This document shows positions 51,601 to 62,986 of a stretch of 64,000 nt of DNA, one piece after another. Location of the stretch: assembly GCF_006345805.1 (NCBI RefSeq), contig NW_021835988.1:62001-126000 (forward strand). The letters run 5' to 3'. The position numbers and the translations under genes are program-made. The notes below the pieces were generated by a model. That model did not search any database. It saw nothing but the letters and a program-made list of their open reading frames with translations, and was not told the DNA's origin. The first letter of the stretch is position 1. Each line of letters opens with the position of its first letter. Origin of the DNA: Octopus sinensis. Lineage: Eukaryota.

Positions 51601-53403
51601 CTTTTATAGAACATTATCACATCTGAGTAATCTACTAATTCCTCTATTAGTTTTATCATCAGATCCGCCGAATATGTTGTTTGTGTCTGACATGCGCTGT
51701 GCATTGAGCTGACCCTTAGGCTCTCGACTATTCTTTCAGCCACTTACTCTAGCTCACATCTAGTTTTCTTCTGTATATACTTGATTTAAATATTGTCAGT
51801 TTGTGTCTAAAATGTACTCATCAGGGAGAATTATTAATACAACATCAAATATTATTGAGGTTATTAGACCTCGATTTGTACTTAGTTTTATCCTTTTTAA
51901 GTCTGATTAATTAAGAGGGCAATGTAATTATTGTTGCCTGCCAACGTGAATTAGTCAGCTTACATGTTTAAAAGCAGTTGTTTCAATGGCTATGACGAAC
52001 ATTACAAAATGTGTAAAAAATAGCTCAACTTCAAAGGTATGGTCAACCCTCAATTACTCGAAGATATTTAACAACCTAAGTCGAGAAATGACGACAACGA
52101 AAATGTTGTTCAGTGTTTGGAAAACAGATTGTCCGCAGAAAATAACCATGACTTGGACCAACTGAGGTCCTATTTGACCGATTCATGCAAAATATGTTGA
52201 TTAAAAACGTAAGAATATAATCTGAACATTCAGCAATACCTTTTCACAAAAATTATCGCTGGTCTTTGGAGAAGTTGGATTCATTTACCATGTTTACTTT
52301 TCACAAAAATTATCAAAAATAGCAAATGGAATGCATCTCACCTGGACTAATGAGATGAGTTGGATTCACTCACTATGCTTACTTTTGCAATGTACATTAC
52401 TGAAATATAAAGGCTATCCTTTCTGCAAGCTTGGTCGGTGTGCTCAGCAAATATTATCATAACCCGCTGCACCTGTTGTTATTCAGTCAAAGAATTACTC
52501 TGTAAATATATTTTTCAGTGAACGAGGCTGTCGAATTGTGAGAGCAATGAAGTATCCTCCCGATTGAACTGATTGTTAAAGTGACGCGCTTCCTCTGACA
52601 CTGAAAGCTGCTATGGAAAAAGCGTAGGATGGACAGATCGAGAGTACGATAAAGACATCACAAAGTGAGAGGTGTCAACCAACTCAACCAACAAATAATA
52701 TATAAAATACTGTTGTGCTGAATACAGAGGAATCAATGCCATGAAACCAATTGGTGAAAATGTAAAAGAAAAAAGAATAGAAGATAAGAAAGATTATTCT
52801 CTGACCTTGAAAGAAAATCCCACCCTCCAGTCAATCTGCAATCAAGGAAACTGGGACGTAAAAGACGAGCACTCTTTAACCAACACAAGAGACACGCCAA
52901 GCATGGAGACTTAATGGAATTTGCTCAGTGAAACGACATGACCCGGAAAATTAATGAAGCTACAATGACTGCAGGTTCCATCGGAAACGGACCTATTATT
53001 ACTGGCAATACCTGTACTTGCTGAGTTTGGGCAACTTAGTACTAGTGATGTTATTATTTGGCGTATTATTCGTCAGCCCCATTAATAAAGTGCATGTTCT
53101 GTTTCCGCAGGTATAGTCTGGAGTGTCAAACCCATCTCTAAAATAAAATCAAAAATTGAGAATTGGCACAATAGACTTTCCAATTGTCGAATATTTAAAT
53201 AAACCAAGATTTAAATATCAATGTGCATTAGTCTACCAACTTAAATGGTCTTAATTCCCCGACATACATTATTGAAAGACATCACGAAAACAGCACCAAT
53301 GATGCTCATGAACCAGTCGAACTCTATTCTAGGCTGGCAGGGGACTCATACGGCGAGACAAAAGAAAATTACTCCCAAATGCATCAACATGGTATAAAAC
53401 CAC

Positions 53404-54491
53404 TCAATTCTGCTGATTTCCTTCCCTACACAAACCAGTTGGACTCGACCGTAAGAATGGAAAAAGCCCAGATGAGATGACCATGTTTGAGTGGAGAAGT
53501 GGATTGTATAGGACACGACCTTCGCAAATCCTCGAGTTGAGGGGAACAGGCCCCCAATTAATATCGTAACTTATTATACAAATAAATAAAGTGTATTCAA
53601 GAAATAAGGAAATATAATCAGTGGGGGGGAATGACGGGGACAGCAATGACGAGACACCCCATTTCTCCAAACTGGAGGACAGAAGAGATGCCGTCCTTGA
53701 AGGATATGGAGTTGAGAACCTGCAAATGGAATGGGGGAGGCAACCGCGGACTGTCTGACAGTATTGACTGGCTGGAGTTCGTATGCGCGGACTCCCCCGA
53801 CGTTCAAATAGACCTTTCCATTTCCGTGGAGGACGGCCTGCATGCCCGTGGAGAGTGCCCGAGTGGATTGCTACAATGAACGAGGAATATAACCAAAGTA
53901 TTTCCTTGGAGGAGGGGACAGTACTGGGGAAACAACACCGTGAAGTGTTCTCTCATTAAGTCTAGCACAATGACAAGCACACATACCAGCTATAGGACAC
54001 ACACAACCCACACTCCTCGCCCCTGTCGACACTATCGGCATCACTCCTTTGCTGTGACCCACCACCTCCTTCACCACCTTCCGTCCTCCCATCACGCACT
54101 CCCTTCCACGACACTCCCTTCCACCTGCCACACTTCCCCCACACTCCCCTCTCACTCCCCGCTTGGGTTTCAATACAGGTTCCTCCTTGCTCTTGACAGG
54201 TTTTCGAATGTGAGGACTCTCCTGCACACATTTCTTTGTTCTGTAGGGTGACAAACGAGGTCTCTTCCCCTCATTCTCTGATGCTTCTCTTTTTATTGGA
54301 ACGAATTTGCGTTTATTGGAAACGGAAGACAAGGATCCGAGTCCAGTGAGTCTAATGGGATGTTCGGTTATAATACATACACCATTCGGGAACCCATTTC
54401 TGTAGAACAGTCTCTCCTTGATCTGTAATCTGAAATAATTCACTAAACACACAACCTCCAACTCGCGCATCAAAACATGTGTTTTATTCAA
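53404..54491 (-). CDS. Hypothetical protein, probably micro-intron gene
   Basis: 206-aa ORF followed by shorter ORFs in other frames; no family recognised. Confidence 0.3.
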
Positions 54492-54739
54492 TACACTTTT
54501 GTTTACATGTCTTGATATAACTTATATTATTCAACATTTAACTAATTAATTAGGTCTCGGTCTTTGGTATGACTAGGTGAGTTGGTAATGTGACACACAC
54601 TTGGTGGGACGGTAATAAAATACTCAGAAGAAGGTGATATAACAAGAATAAAGAAGTGATTATTCACTGCCGATTGGATTGCATTGCACGTCTGTATGTT
54701 CAATATAATGTGATTGTATTCCAAGCTGGCTGTGCAGTG

Positions 54740-55555
54740 GTGTTACTTATTTAACACTAAAAGTGCATTGTCCAGCGTCTCAGAAGATTATCCCGATAAC
54801 CTACATGCCCACCTCATACAAACAGATGACTAAGTTGGTGTCTAACGAGGTCAGGGGATTTGTTGAGGTTAGTGGTATTCCGTCCGAGAATCAGCTCGGA
54901 ACTGTCATTAATTGCCAGCGTGCAAAAGAGAGGAATTGTTTACGGAAACTCACTTATGTGGGTAGATGTTAAAGAGACATTTTATTCCGTATTAAAGTTG
55001 TGAATGGAGTGTTCATCTCAAATAGAATAACAATTAGGGGGATTCTACAAAGAGATAGCATGTCGCCTCTGCTTTTTGTACTCTGCCTCGAATCATTGAG
55101 TAGTTTTCTCAATAAAAAACACGAAAATCTGTCAATAACTCAGAGGGACATGTGCTTAACATGAACCACCTTGTGTTTTCGGCGAAATCAAGTTGTTTGC
55201 TCTGTTCTCAAGGCAAATTAACTCTACGGGAAAATGCGTGAGCAAATTCACGGGGCAAATAGGATTGGAACTAAATATCTTCAAGTTGGAAACCAATTCG
55301 CAATTTTTTGGCAATCTGGTGAAAGTGTTGAAGGATAACGAGGGGTATATATGCCTCGGGTACATAGAAAGCCCCAAATCGCTCATTCTTTTTGAAACTA
55401 AAAAATAGATGGAGTGCGGGTAGCAATGTTATGTAAAACTCGTTTAAATACTGTGAATTCATTCATAGCATTAAATGAGTATGCCATTTCATTGCTTGAT
55501 GATTATGTGGGTACCATGGAGTTTAAGCCATATGGATTCAATGATTTGGATTGTG
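54740..55555 (+). pseudogene. Older degenerate R4-like RT fragment
   Basis: NQLGTVINCQRAKE, GILQRDSMSPLLFVLCLE, YICLGYIES, AIKEYA-like. Confidence 0.75.
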
Positions 55556-55564
55556 TTAGTTAGT

Positions 55565-58500
55565 CCCAGGCTTCCTTATCTTTATTTTACCTTCTTACCT
55601 TCGGATTATTTTACCTTCAGGCCGAAAGTAAAAAGCAAACGGTGTAGGCTGACTATTTTGTATTCTCTCACTAGTTTGATACAAATTATGCATAGTCACT
55701 GTAATATAGTCCGAATGATAATTGTCCGAATAATAATGATAAAATAGTTTGAAGTGTGACGTGTATGTCTGTTTTCACCAGTCTGCAAACAAATCCTGAG
55801 GGCCTTCCTACATAAAATACAAATAATAATAATCAATCAGAAGTTGGAAACGTGTCTTCAGGGATACATGGAACGCCTGAAACTTGCAATGATCCTTATA
55901 TTGAACCTTCACGAACGCATTTGCTCCCCCTTAAATCATTGATAACTGAAACACATTCTAACGACAAATTGCAGTGGATATCTTCTGTTGTTGATTCGGC
56001 TAAACGGAGATTTGGAAGAATCCCTCGTGGTGGATGGAACCTCATTGTACATAATTTCAATACCCGTTTTCTTGTTCAGAAAAGCATCTCCGATGTTAAA
56101 AAATTATTGAAAGTGAAACGCCATAATGAGACTTGTGGTAATCAAAATGATGTGGGTGTAACAGAAAACGGAAATTCACTGTCAAAAACAGAAATTTCTT
56201 TATATGGAAAATGTAAAGAAGAATTTAATTTCCAAATTAAGAGAGTTATATCAATATCAAGGGATTCGAGAAAACCTACCAAGAAGATTCCATATAAATT
56301 GGTTAAGAAAGATATTCTGGTTGCTTTGGATGCAGTGATTTCAAATTATGTATTGACTTGTCCTTCAAAGGATATAAACGAAATCACGGATATTATTTTT
56401 GCAGGACAATGTGCATACGAAAATTTGGTTCTTAAAAATAAAATAAGAACCTCTTGGAGGGAAAATATTGAGAAGAGAATTACTAAATTCAAAGAGAACC
56501 TCACTCTTATTGCTAATTTCTCCAGTCTGAAATCCAAAAGTGAAAAGGATACGGCCCTGGACTTTATGTGCTCCTTTGAATATAAGAAGTCGAGAAAGGG
56601 AGAAATCACCAGAATATGTACGTTAATTGAAAATAGAATAAAAATCATGGAAAAAAGGATTTCGATTTATGAGTCACGAAAATCATTTAGAAGAGACAAT
56701 TTTTGTTTTGAACTCAACAGAAGGAGGTTTTACCGAAACCTGAATGGTGGAGAAAATAATAAATATACGTTGCCAGAAGGTGAATGTTTGTCATTTTGGG
56801 AGAAGATATGGAAAAAAGATGAAAATCATATTGTCACTGATGTTGTTGGAAAACGTATAACTGGCATAGAACAATCCCCAGTTGACATCAAACCAGACTT
56901 TATCAAAAGTATTATTAACTATGCGCCAAACTGGAAGACTTCTGGATGCAATGGAGTATACTGCTTTTTTATTAAGAAGTTTGAATCTCTCCATAATTAT
57001 TTATGTGATGAAATTTTGAAAATTATTAATAGAGATTACTGTCCTGGTCAGTGGTTTTACACTGGGGTTACATTTCTCATCCCAAAAAAAGCTTGTTGTG
57101 AATCACCTAATGACTTGCGTCCGAATACATGCATGCCTATACTATACAAACTTGTTACAAAATGTGTCAACACTAAACTTACAGACTACATTGAAGCTTT
57201 TGGTCTTGTTTCGGATAACCAACTGGGAGCTAGAAGACATTGCCAGGGTGCAAAAGAACAGGCTTTAATAAACCAGTGCATTAACAATCACTATGGAAAT
57301 AACTTATTTGCGACATGGATTGATATAAACAAAGCATTTGATTCTGTTAACCATGAATTTTTATCGCTGGTATTGGATTATTCTGGACTCCCTGAGTGGA
57401 TTGTGAAGTTTATTAAAAGTTTGATAAGTAAATGGAAAGTGATTCTGAATCTCAATGTAAATAGAATTGGAACAGTGAAATTAGAAAGAGGAATTCTTCA
57501 AGGAGATTCACTATCTCCCCAACTTTTTACGCTGGTAATGGATCCGTTGAGCAGGATACTAAATCACAAGTTTCCTAAAATCTGTATTGACCATAATGAC
57601 CCGTCTCAAATAACATACTCAACTAATCATCTGCTATTTATTGATGATTTGAAAATACTTGCTGAGAAAGAAAATACGATCTTGAGGATGATGGAAAGTA
57701 TTGATGAATACTTCAGTGTTGTTGGTCTCAGGAGGAATTCTGAAAAATCTGCAACCAATCTGAATTATGTTAAAGAAACTAGAAGTCTTGACGGATATGA
57801 TGGATATCGATATCTGGGAGTCTTGGAGGATAAAGGAAGCAATGTATTGAAGCATGAAGTTATGAAAAAAATTGCAGAAAATGTAAAGAAGAGAATTGAA
57901 AGCTTAGTGAGCACGAAGCTAAATGCAGTGAATCTATTCAAGGCGATTAATGAATATTGTCTATCACTTTACAATTACTATATTGGACTAATTGACATTG
58001 AGCCACACGAGTTTCAAGCCATTGATACCGAAGTTCGAAGGATTCTATCTAATTTACATGTTCATCTGAAACCTGCAAATAAGGAAAGATTATATATAAG
58101 CAGATCTAACCTTGGAAGAGGACTTAATTCAATTGTCCATAAAAGTGAATGCATGTTATACCAATTTTTGACTGATCTTGAAAGAAAGTCTGCAATGTGT
58201 CTCAGAAAGGCTGGAATCTAGCGGGTCTTGAAAATAAATAAAACACATATGGCCACCATCGCAAGATTTCTTACCTTCAAATACAATATTGAAGATCCTT
58301 CAGAATTGAATATAAACATAATCAAGGAGAATCAACAAAAGAGTCTAATGAAGATTATTAAATCGAAGATGTTGCATTCCGTACTTTTCAAATGTTGTGA
58401 GGATCAGAATGTTGACATCAATATGTCTACGGAATGGCTAGTGAATGGAAACAACAGTCCGAGATCAGAAGTCATAGTCTGGCTATTTCAGAGTCCACGA

Positions 58501-59365
58501 CTGAAAGTGTCAGTTGGAGGACTACAAAGAGGCACTGAGTCGCCTTCCTTTATTATTCAGGATTGTATTATTCAGAATCGAAATATATTTTTCAACGATA
58601 ACGGAGGAATGTGCAATCATTGTAATCAAGCTAAAAAATCTGTTGATCACATTGCTACAAGATGTAGCAGAATGCTGAACAGTGATTATACCAGAAGACA
58701 TAATGAAGTTATAAGATGCATCCATTTGCATCTCTGCCGCCAATATGGAATCAGGAAAACCAAAAGGTTAAAGTCACACACAGTCCAGTCAGTTAGCTCA
58801 AATCATAAAGTGGAGATAATGAAGGACACCACCTTGCAGACAGATGTTCATGTAAAAAACAATATACCAGATATCTTTGTCCTTGATAAAACGAAAAACG
58901 AAATCACTCTAATTGAAGTCGGAATTACTTCCCACGCCATGTTAAAGCAAGTGGAAGTAGAAAAACTGCATAAATATGATCTTTTTGCTGGAGAATTATC
59001 TCAAATCCACGGTGCGAAGGTAACGATAATCCCCATTGTCCTCACATGGGACGGGATAGTTTCTAAATTCTATAAGTCTTATATGGAAAGACTGAAGTTG
59101 GATGCTTCCACTAGATCGTATATACAATCGCTGACGATTAAGAAGACATTGGAGGCCATGCTTGTTGAACATAAACATGGAGTGGAAATTGAAAAACATG
59201 AGGAACAAGTTTCAAGGGCCACCAATCACCTCCTAAAATTGGCTAGAGAAACAACAGATCCACCAGATTTGCCGGAAGATGTGTCTCATGTGTCATATGA
59301 AGTGTTAGAAGAGAAGAATACGCAGATCCAGTGCAACGGTCCAAAAAGGAGGAGAATTATATAGA
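55565..59365 (+). mobile_element. Near full-length R4/Dong-like RLE non-LTR retrotransposon; single ORF with two in-frame stops
   Basis: ATG 55765 in frame with the 55852 and 58228 ORFs; QGAKEQ, GILQGDSLSP, FIDD, YRYLG, CNHC..H..C, RHNE, PDIFVLD..LIEVG; TTAGTTAGT at both boundaries. Confidence 0.9.
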
Positions 59366-59501
59366 TTAGTTAGTTATTAGTAACTAAAGACGTTAATTTA
59401 TAATTAAATTAAATATTATATTAAAAAAACAGTTTAATAAATATATCAATTCAATGTCTAACCACTGAGTTATTGACAATAAAATATCAGCATTAATTAA
59501 A

Positions 59502-60307
59502 ATGCTTCCACTTGTCCTATTTTTTATTCATTTAGTGATCCAAAACGACTGCGATTTGACAAGAAGGTTATTGAAGAATTGCTTATTTTAAAAGATATCT
59601 TAATTTATACAACTGTATTTTCAATGGAGAAAATGCTGCGGGAGATGGGATAGATATTACCATAAAGAGAAAAGTGACATTTCCTAATGGAGAAATATTC
59701 TCCCATCTAAAAAATTTGAAACAATTGTAATCAATATTTCATTGATATTAGTGAGTGTAAAGGAGACTCGCTGAAGAAAATACTAAACAACTCATTTGAT
59801 GGGTTGGATAAATTAGACTATATGTATATTTAAATATTTCGAATTATTAGAATGCTGTATTACTGTGATAACCTTCGTTACGTGAATGTAAATAGTTTTG
59901 CACGTCTAGCCGCATTATCACATCTGTACAAATCTTATTCTAACATTAAAGTTACATGCCGTCAAATACCATCTTTCAGTCGCCAAAAATCAGTCGTCGT
60001 GCCACGCTTTAGTATTTTAAATTACTGACTGTGTAGTTTGTATCACGACCAGAAAGTGTGCATGTTCACAAACGGGTCCCAACCCACACTGTATACTTTG
60101 TTATTCTCATATAAGAATTACGAAAGTGATGGATGAAGCATATATGATGTTAGCCGACAACAGTGTGGAACTAAAATTATATAAAAATCAAAAGATAACC
60201 CTCACTATGCAAGAAGCATTTGGTGTATTTGTATACTCACAATAGATTGTAACTTCTGTGACCACCCGATCCCCAATAATATGATCTGCACAAGTGAATG
60301 TAACTGA
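59502..60307 (+). CDS. Secreted leucine-rich-repeat protein, copy C (intact, same 7 introns)
   Basis: MLPLVLFFIHLVIQNDC..FSHLKNLKQFECKGDSLKKILNNSFDGLDKLDYIMLYYCDNLRYVNVNSFARL..CTSECN*. Confidence 0.85.
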
Positions 60308-60664
60308 AAAAATATTCTAACGATATTCATTAACTAACCTAATTATTTATTCTGATATTTCTTGTTTCCGCTTTTCTTTATTGTTACGTGCACTAGTCAA
60401 AATTAAAGGCAAACTTGCAACGTGGATTGCAAGTTGCTATTAACTTCATTTAAGTGGTATTGCTTAAACACATTTTTGAAAAGGGTCACCTGCGACCCAT
60501 CCGAGCACCGGTATCCTGCCAAAAGAGTACGGACACGAGGATCGATGAGTGTTGCCGTTGACTTGACCATTAGCATTTTGACTACTTTCCTGGCTACCAT
60601 CTAATTTTGTTTTTAGACTTTCATTATACGAGTAATAACAATCAGGAAAAGCTTAATATCTATA

Positions 60665-61197
60665 AATTAGTGATCCAACGTGACTGTGACTTAACACAAA
60701 TGTTTTAAGAATCATTTAGGGCTTTAGATACGGTGATTTCATTGGAGAATGTTGCGAGACATTCAAAATTAATTTTAATTCAACATGACGTTGCATTTCC
60801 CTTTGGAAAGACATTCTCCAAATTACAAACATTCTTTTTTATTTCTGTTCTTTTAATCATTACAAAATTGAAACATTTGTAATCAACATTTTATCTAATA
60901 CCCGTTACTGTATCTGAAACTCAGTACAGAAAATACCAGAAAACTCATTTAATGTCGTGAATGTAAATGCATTTGCACGTCTTATCAGTTTAAAGCTCTG
61001 CACAAATCTTATTTTAAAATTACAGTTACATGCCTAAGTATGACATTATTCAGTGGCCACAAATCAGTCATTCCCTACCATAATGTATTTTAAATTACTC
61101 ACTGTGTACTTTTGATGAGACCTATAAAATGTGCAATATTCCAATGGAGCCCGACCCACAATATATACTTAGACATTTTAATATAACGATTACGAAA
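60665..61197 (+). pseudogene. Decayed LRR family copy D
   Basis: TTAGTGATCCAACGTGACTGTGAC, GTGAATGTAAATGCATTTGCACGT and GTTACATGCC are collinear with copy C; splice sites lost, indels present. Confidence 0.8.
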
Positions 61198-61239
61198 AAT
61201 TATTTAAAAATATATAAAATCCAATAAATAAAATTTAAT

Positions 61240-62230
61240 TCAATTTGAAATACGTCCAATGTGGTCTTGTATAACATTAATTGCAAATTTTCTTATATTA
61301 ACGCAAATCTTTGACTTTAGTGGGAATTCTTCTTTACATTTCTCACTAATCTCCAAAAAATACAAACTAAACATTTTAATACAACAAAACCTGCAATTCT
61401 CCACAGAAATACAAGCCACCCTTGCCTGGTCCTTCACACTCTCATAGGCCTCCTCTGAACTGTCCATGTCCTCCAACTGCCCGACCACGGTCTCCGCAAA
61501 TTTAACAGCTTCCATAAGACTCTACTAAGTGACCTCAGTCCCTCACATCTACCGAGTACTTGCGCTTAAAATCAGTCCCTTCACTGCTCTCGTTTAACGT
61601 CCTGACACGTTTGCTGATAAACTGTCCACAAATGTCACAAATTCGGATTGAATTGACTCTATATTTGTCGTTGAAATCGACTTGGATTTGAGATTTTGAA
61701 CAGTCAGGCCAATCCATATAAACTGTGGTGAAACATTCTGCGGAATTAAACTCTCAAATCTGCCTGCGTCGTCGTAGGATATAAAAAAACAGCATTTCGA
61801 ACAAATTATGTAACCACAAACTCTGCAATGGTGTCGTCGGTTTATTAAATTGTAGGTTTTTTTACAGCAATAACAATTTGAAGACATATTGTCATCGATC
61901 CAAGGCACAGTGGATTTTTCAACCTCCAAAGCCTTGGTTTTTGACAGTCCTCGGTCCCCCGTTGCCTCTCGGAGACCAGCAAGAAGTCGAGAAAGTCTCC
62001 AAATCAGTTTGGCGTTGGCTTCTTTGTTTTTTCCGTGTTTTTCACGGAGGTTTTTGAGTAAAGAAGTATCGTCCTTCATTAGGCCTATAATTCTGGTTGG
62101 TTTAGTGGAGACCTATTTTTTGGGGTTTTATTGTTTGTGGATTGGAGGATTGTTCTTCAAAGTCTATGAGTTAGTCAATGTAGGATAGACTGGTAATGGG
62201 GTCATTGTGGGTGTTTAGAAAGTGTGATGT
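61240..62230 (-). CDS. RBSN: Rabenosyn-5-like FYVE protein (5' part unresolved)
   Basis: KLIWRLSRL..EKSTVPWIDD..CYCC..RRHHCRVCG.IICSKC..IRICDIC; GC-AG intron at 61738-61763. Confidence 0.75.
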
Positions 62231-62529
62231 TAATTCGTTCTCATTATTATACTTTTTATGACATGAAGGACAAAGAAATCCTTCTTTTGGTGGCATCCAC
62301 AATGAAATAAATTATTTATTAATGTATTATTTTCTATTAAATAATCTTTATTTAATAATATGCTGACTTTTAGAAAAATATTAATCTTTCGATTGATGCT
62401 TACGATCAGTAAATAATACATTTTTCTTCTAAAGTACCTTTCATTGAATATTGTGAATTACTCGATGTTTTTGAAATCTATATTTAGCTTGTATGAAAAT
62501 TTTTTTTAAAAATTTATGTTTCAAACCAT

Positions 62530-62890
62530 TTTTTAAACGATATTGGATTTTTAATAACGTTTTCAAGGTAAAAAATCTTTCGTACTTGACTATTATAAGC
62601 TTCTAAACTTGTTTTAGGAGAGACGTCAATATTAATATTAGTTTGGCAATTTCAGAAAGGGACACGGCAGAAATTGATAGTTCATTCTTCGAAGGTAATT
62701 GTAATGTGTTTTTTGATCTGAAGACAACTTCGGGTGACGCTCTGATCCAATTTTTTGCATTGTGGTTCTGTCTTTGGAGAATTTTTTCGTCACAAATCCA
62801 ACGCTCAATTTTGGAATTTTCAGCATTTTAGATATCTTTTTGATTGTTTTTAAGAAAAATAATGTCTAAATATCACCCTTTTTGTAAAAA
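62530..62890 (-). pseudogene. Tc1-like transposase HTH remnant
   Basis: MLKIPKLSVGFVTKKF..KIGSERHPKLS. Confidence 0.5.
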
Positions 62891-62986
62891 ACAATCAGAT
62901 TTATTAATATTTCTTCTATAGTGTTTATCCTTAAATTTTATATTCAAAATATCACTCTGTTTTTACATTCTTGTTTGATATCTAAG

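Noticed and set aside
60403-60604. LRR C-terminal cap plus GPI tail for copy C
   Set aside because: Lies beyond the stop shared in position with copies A and B; the opposite strand looks equally like an unrelated exon
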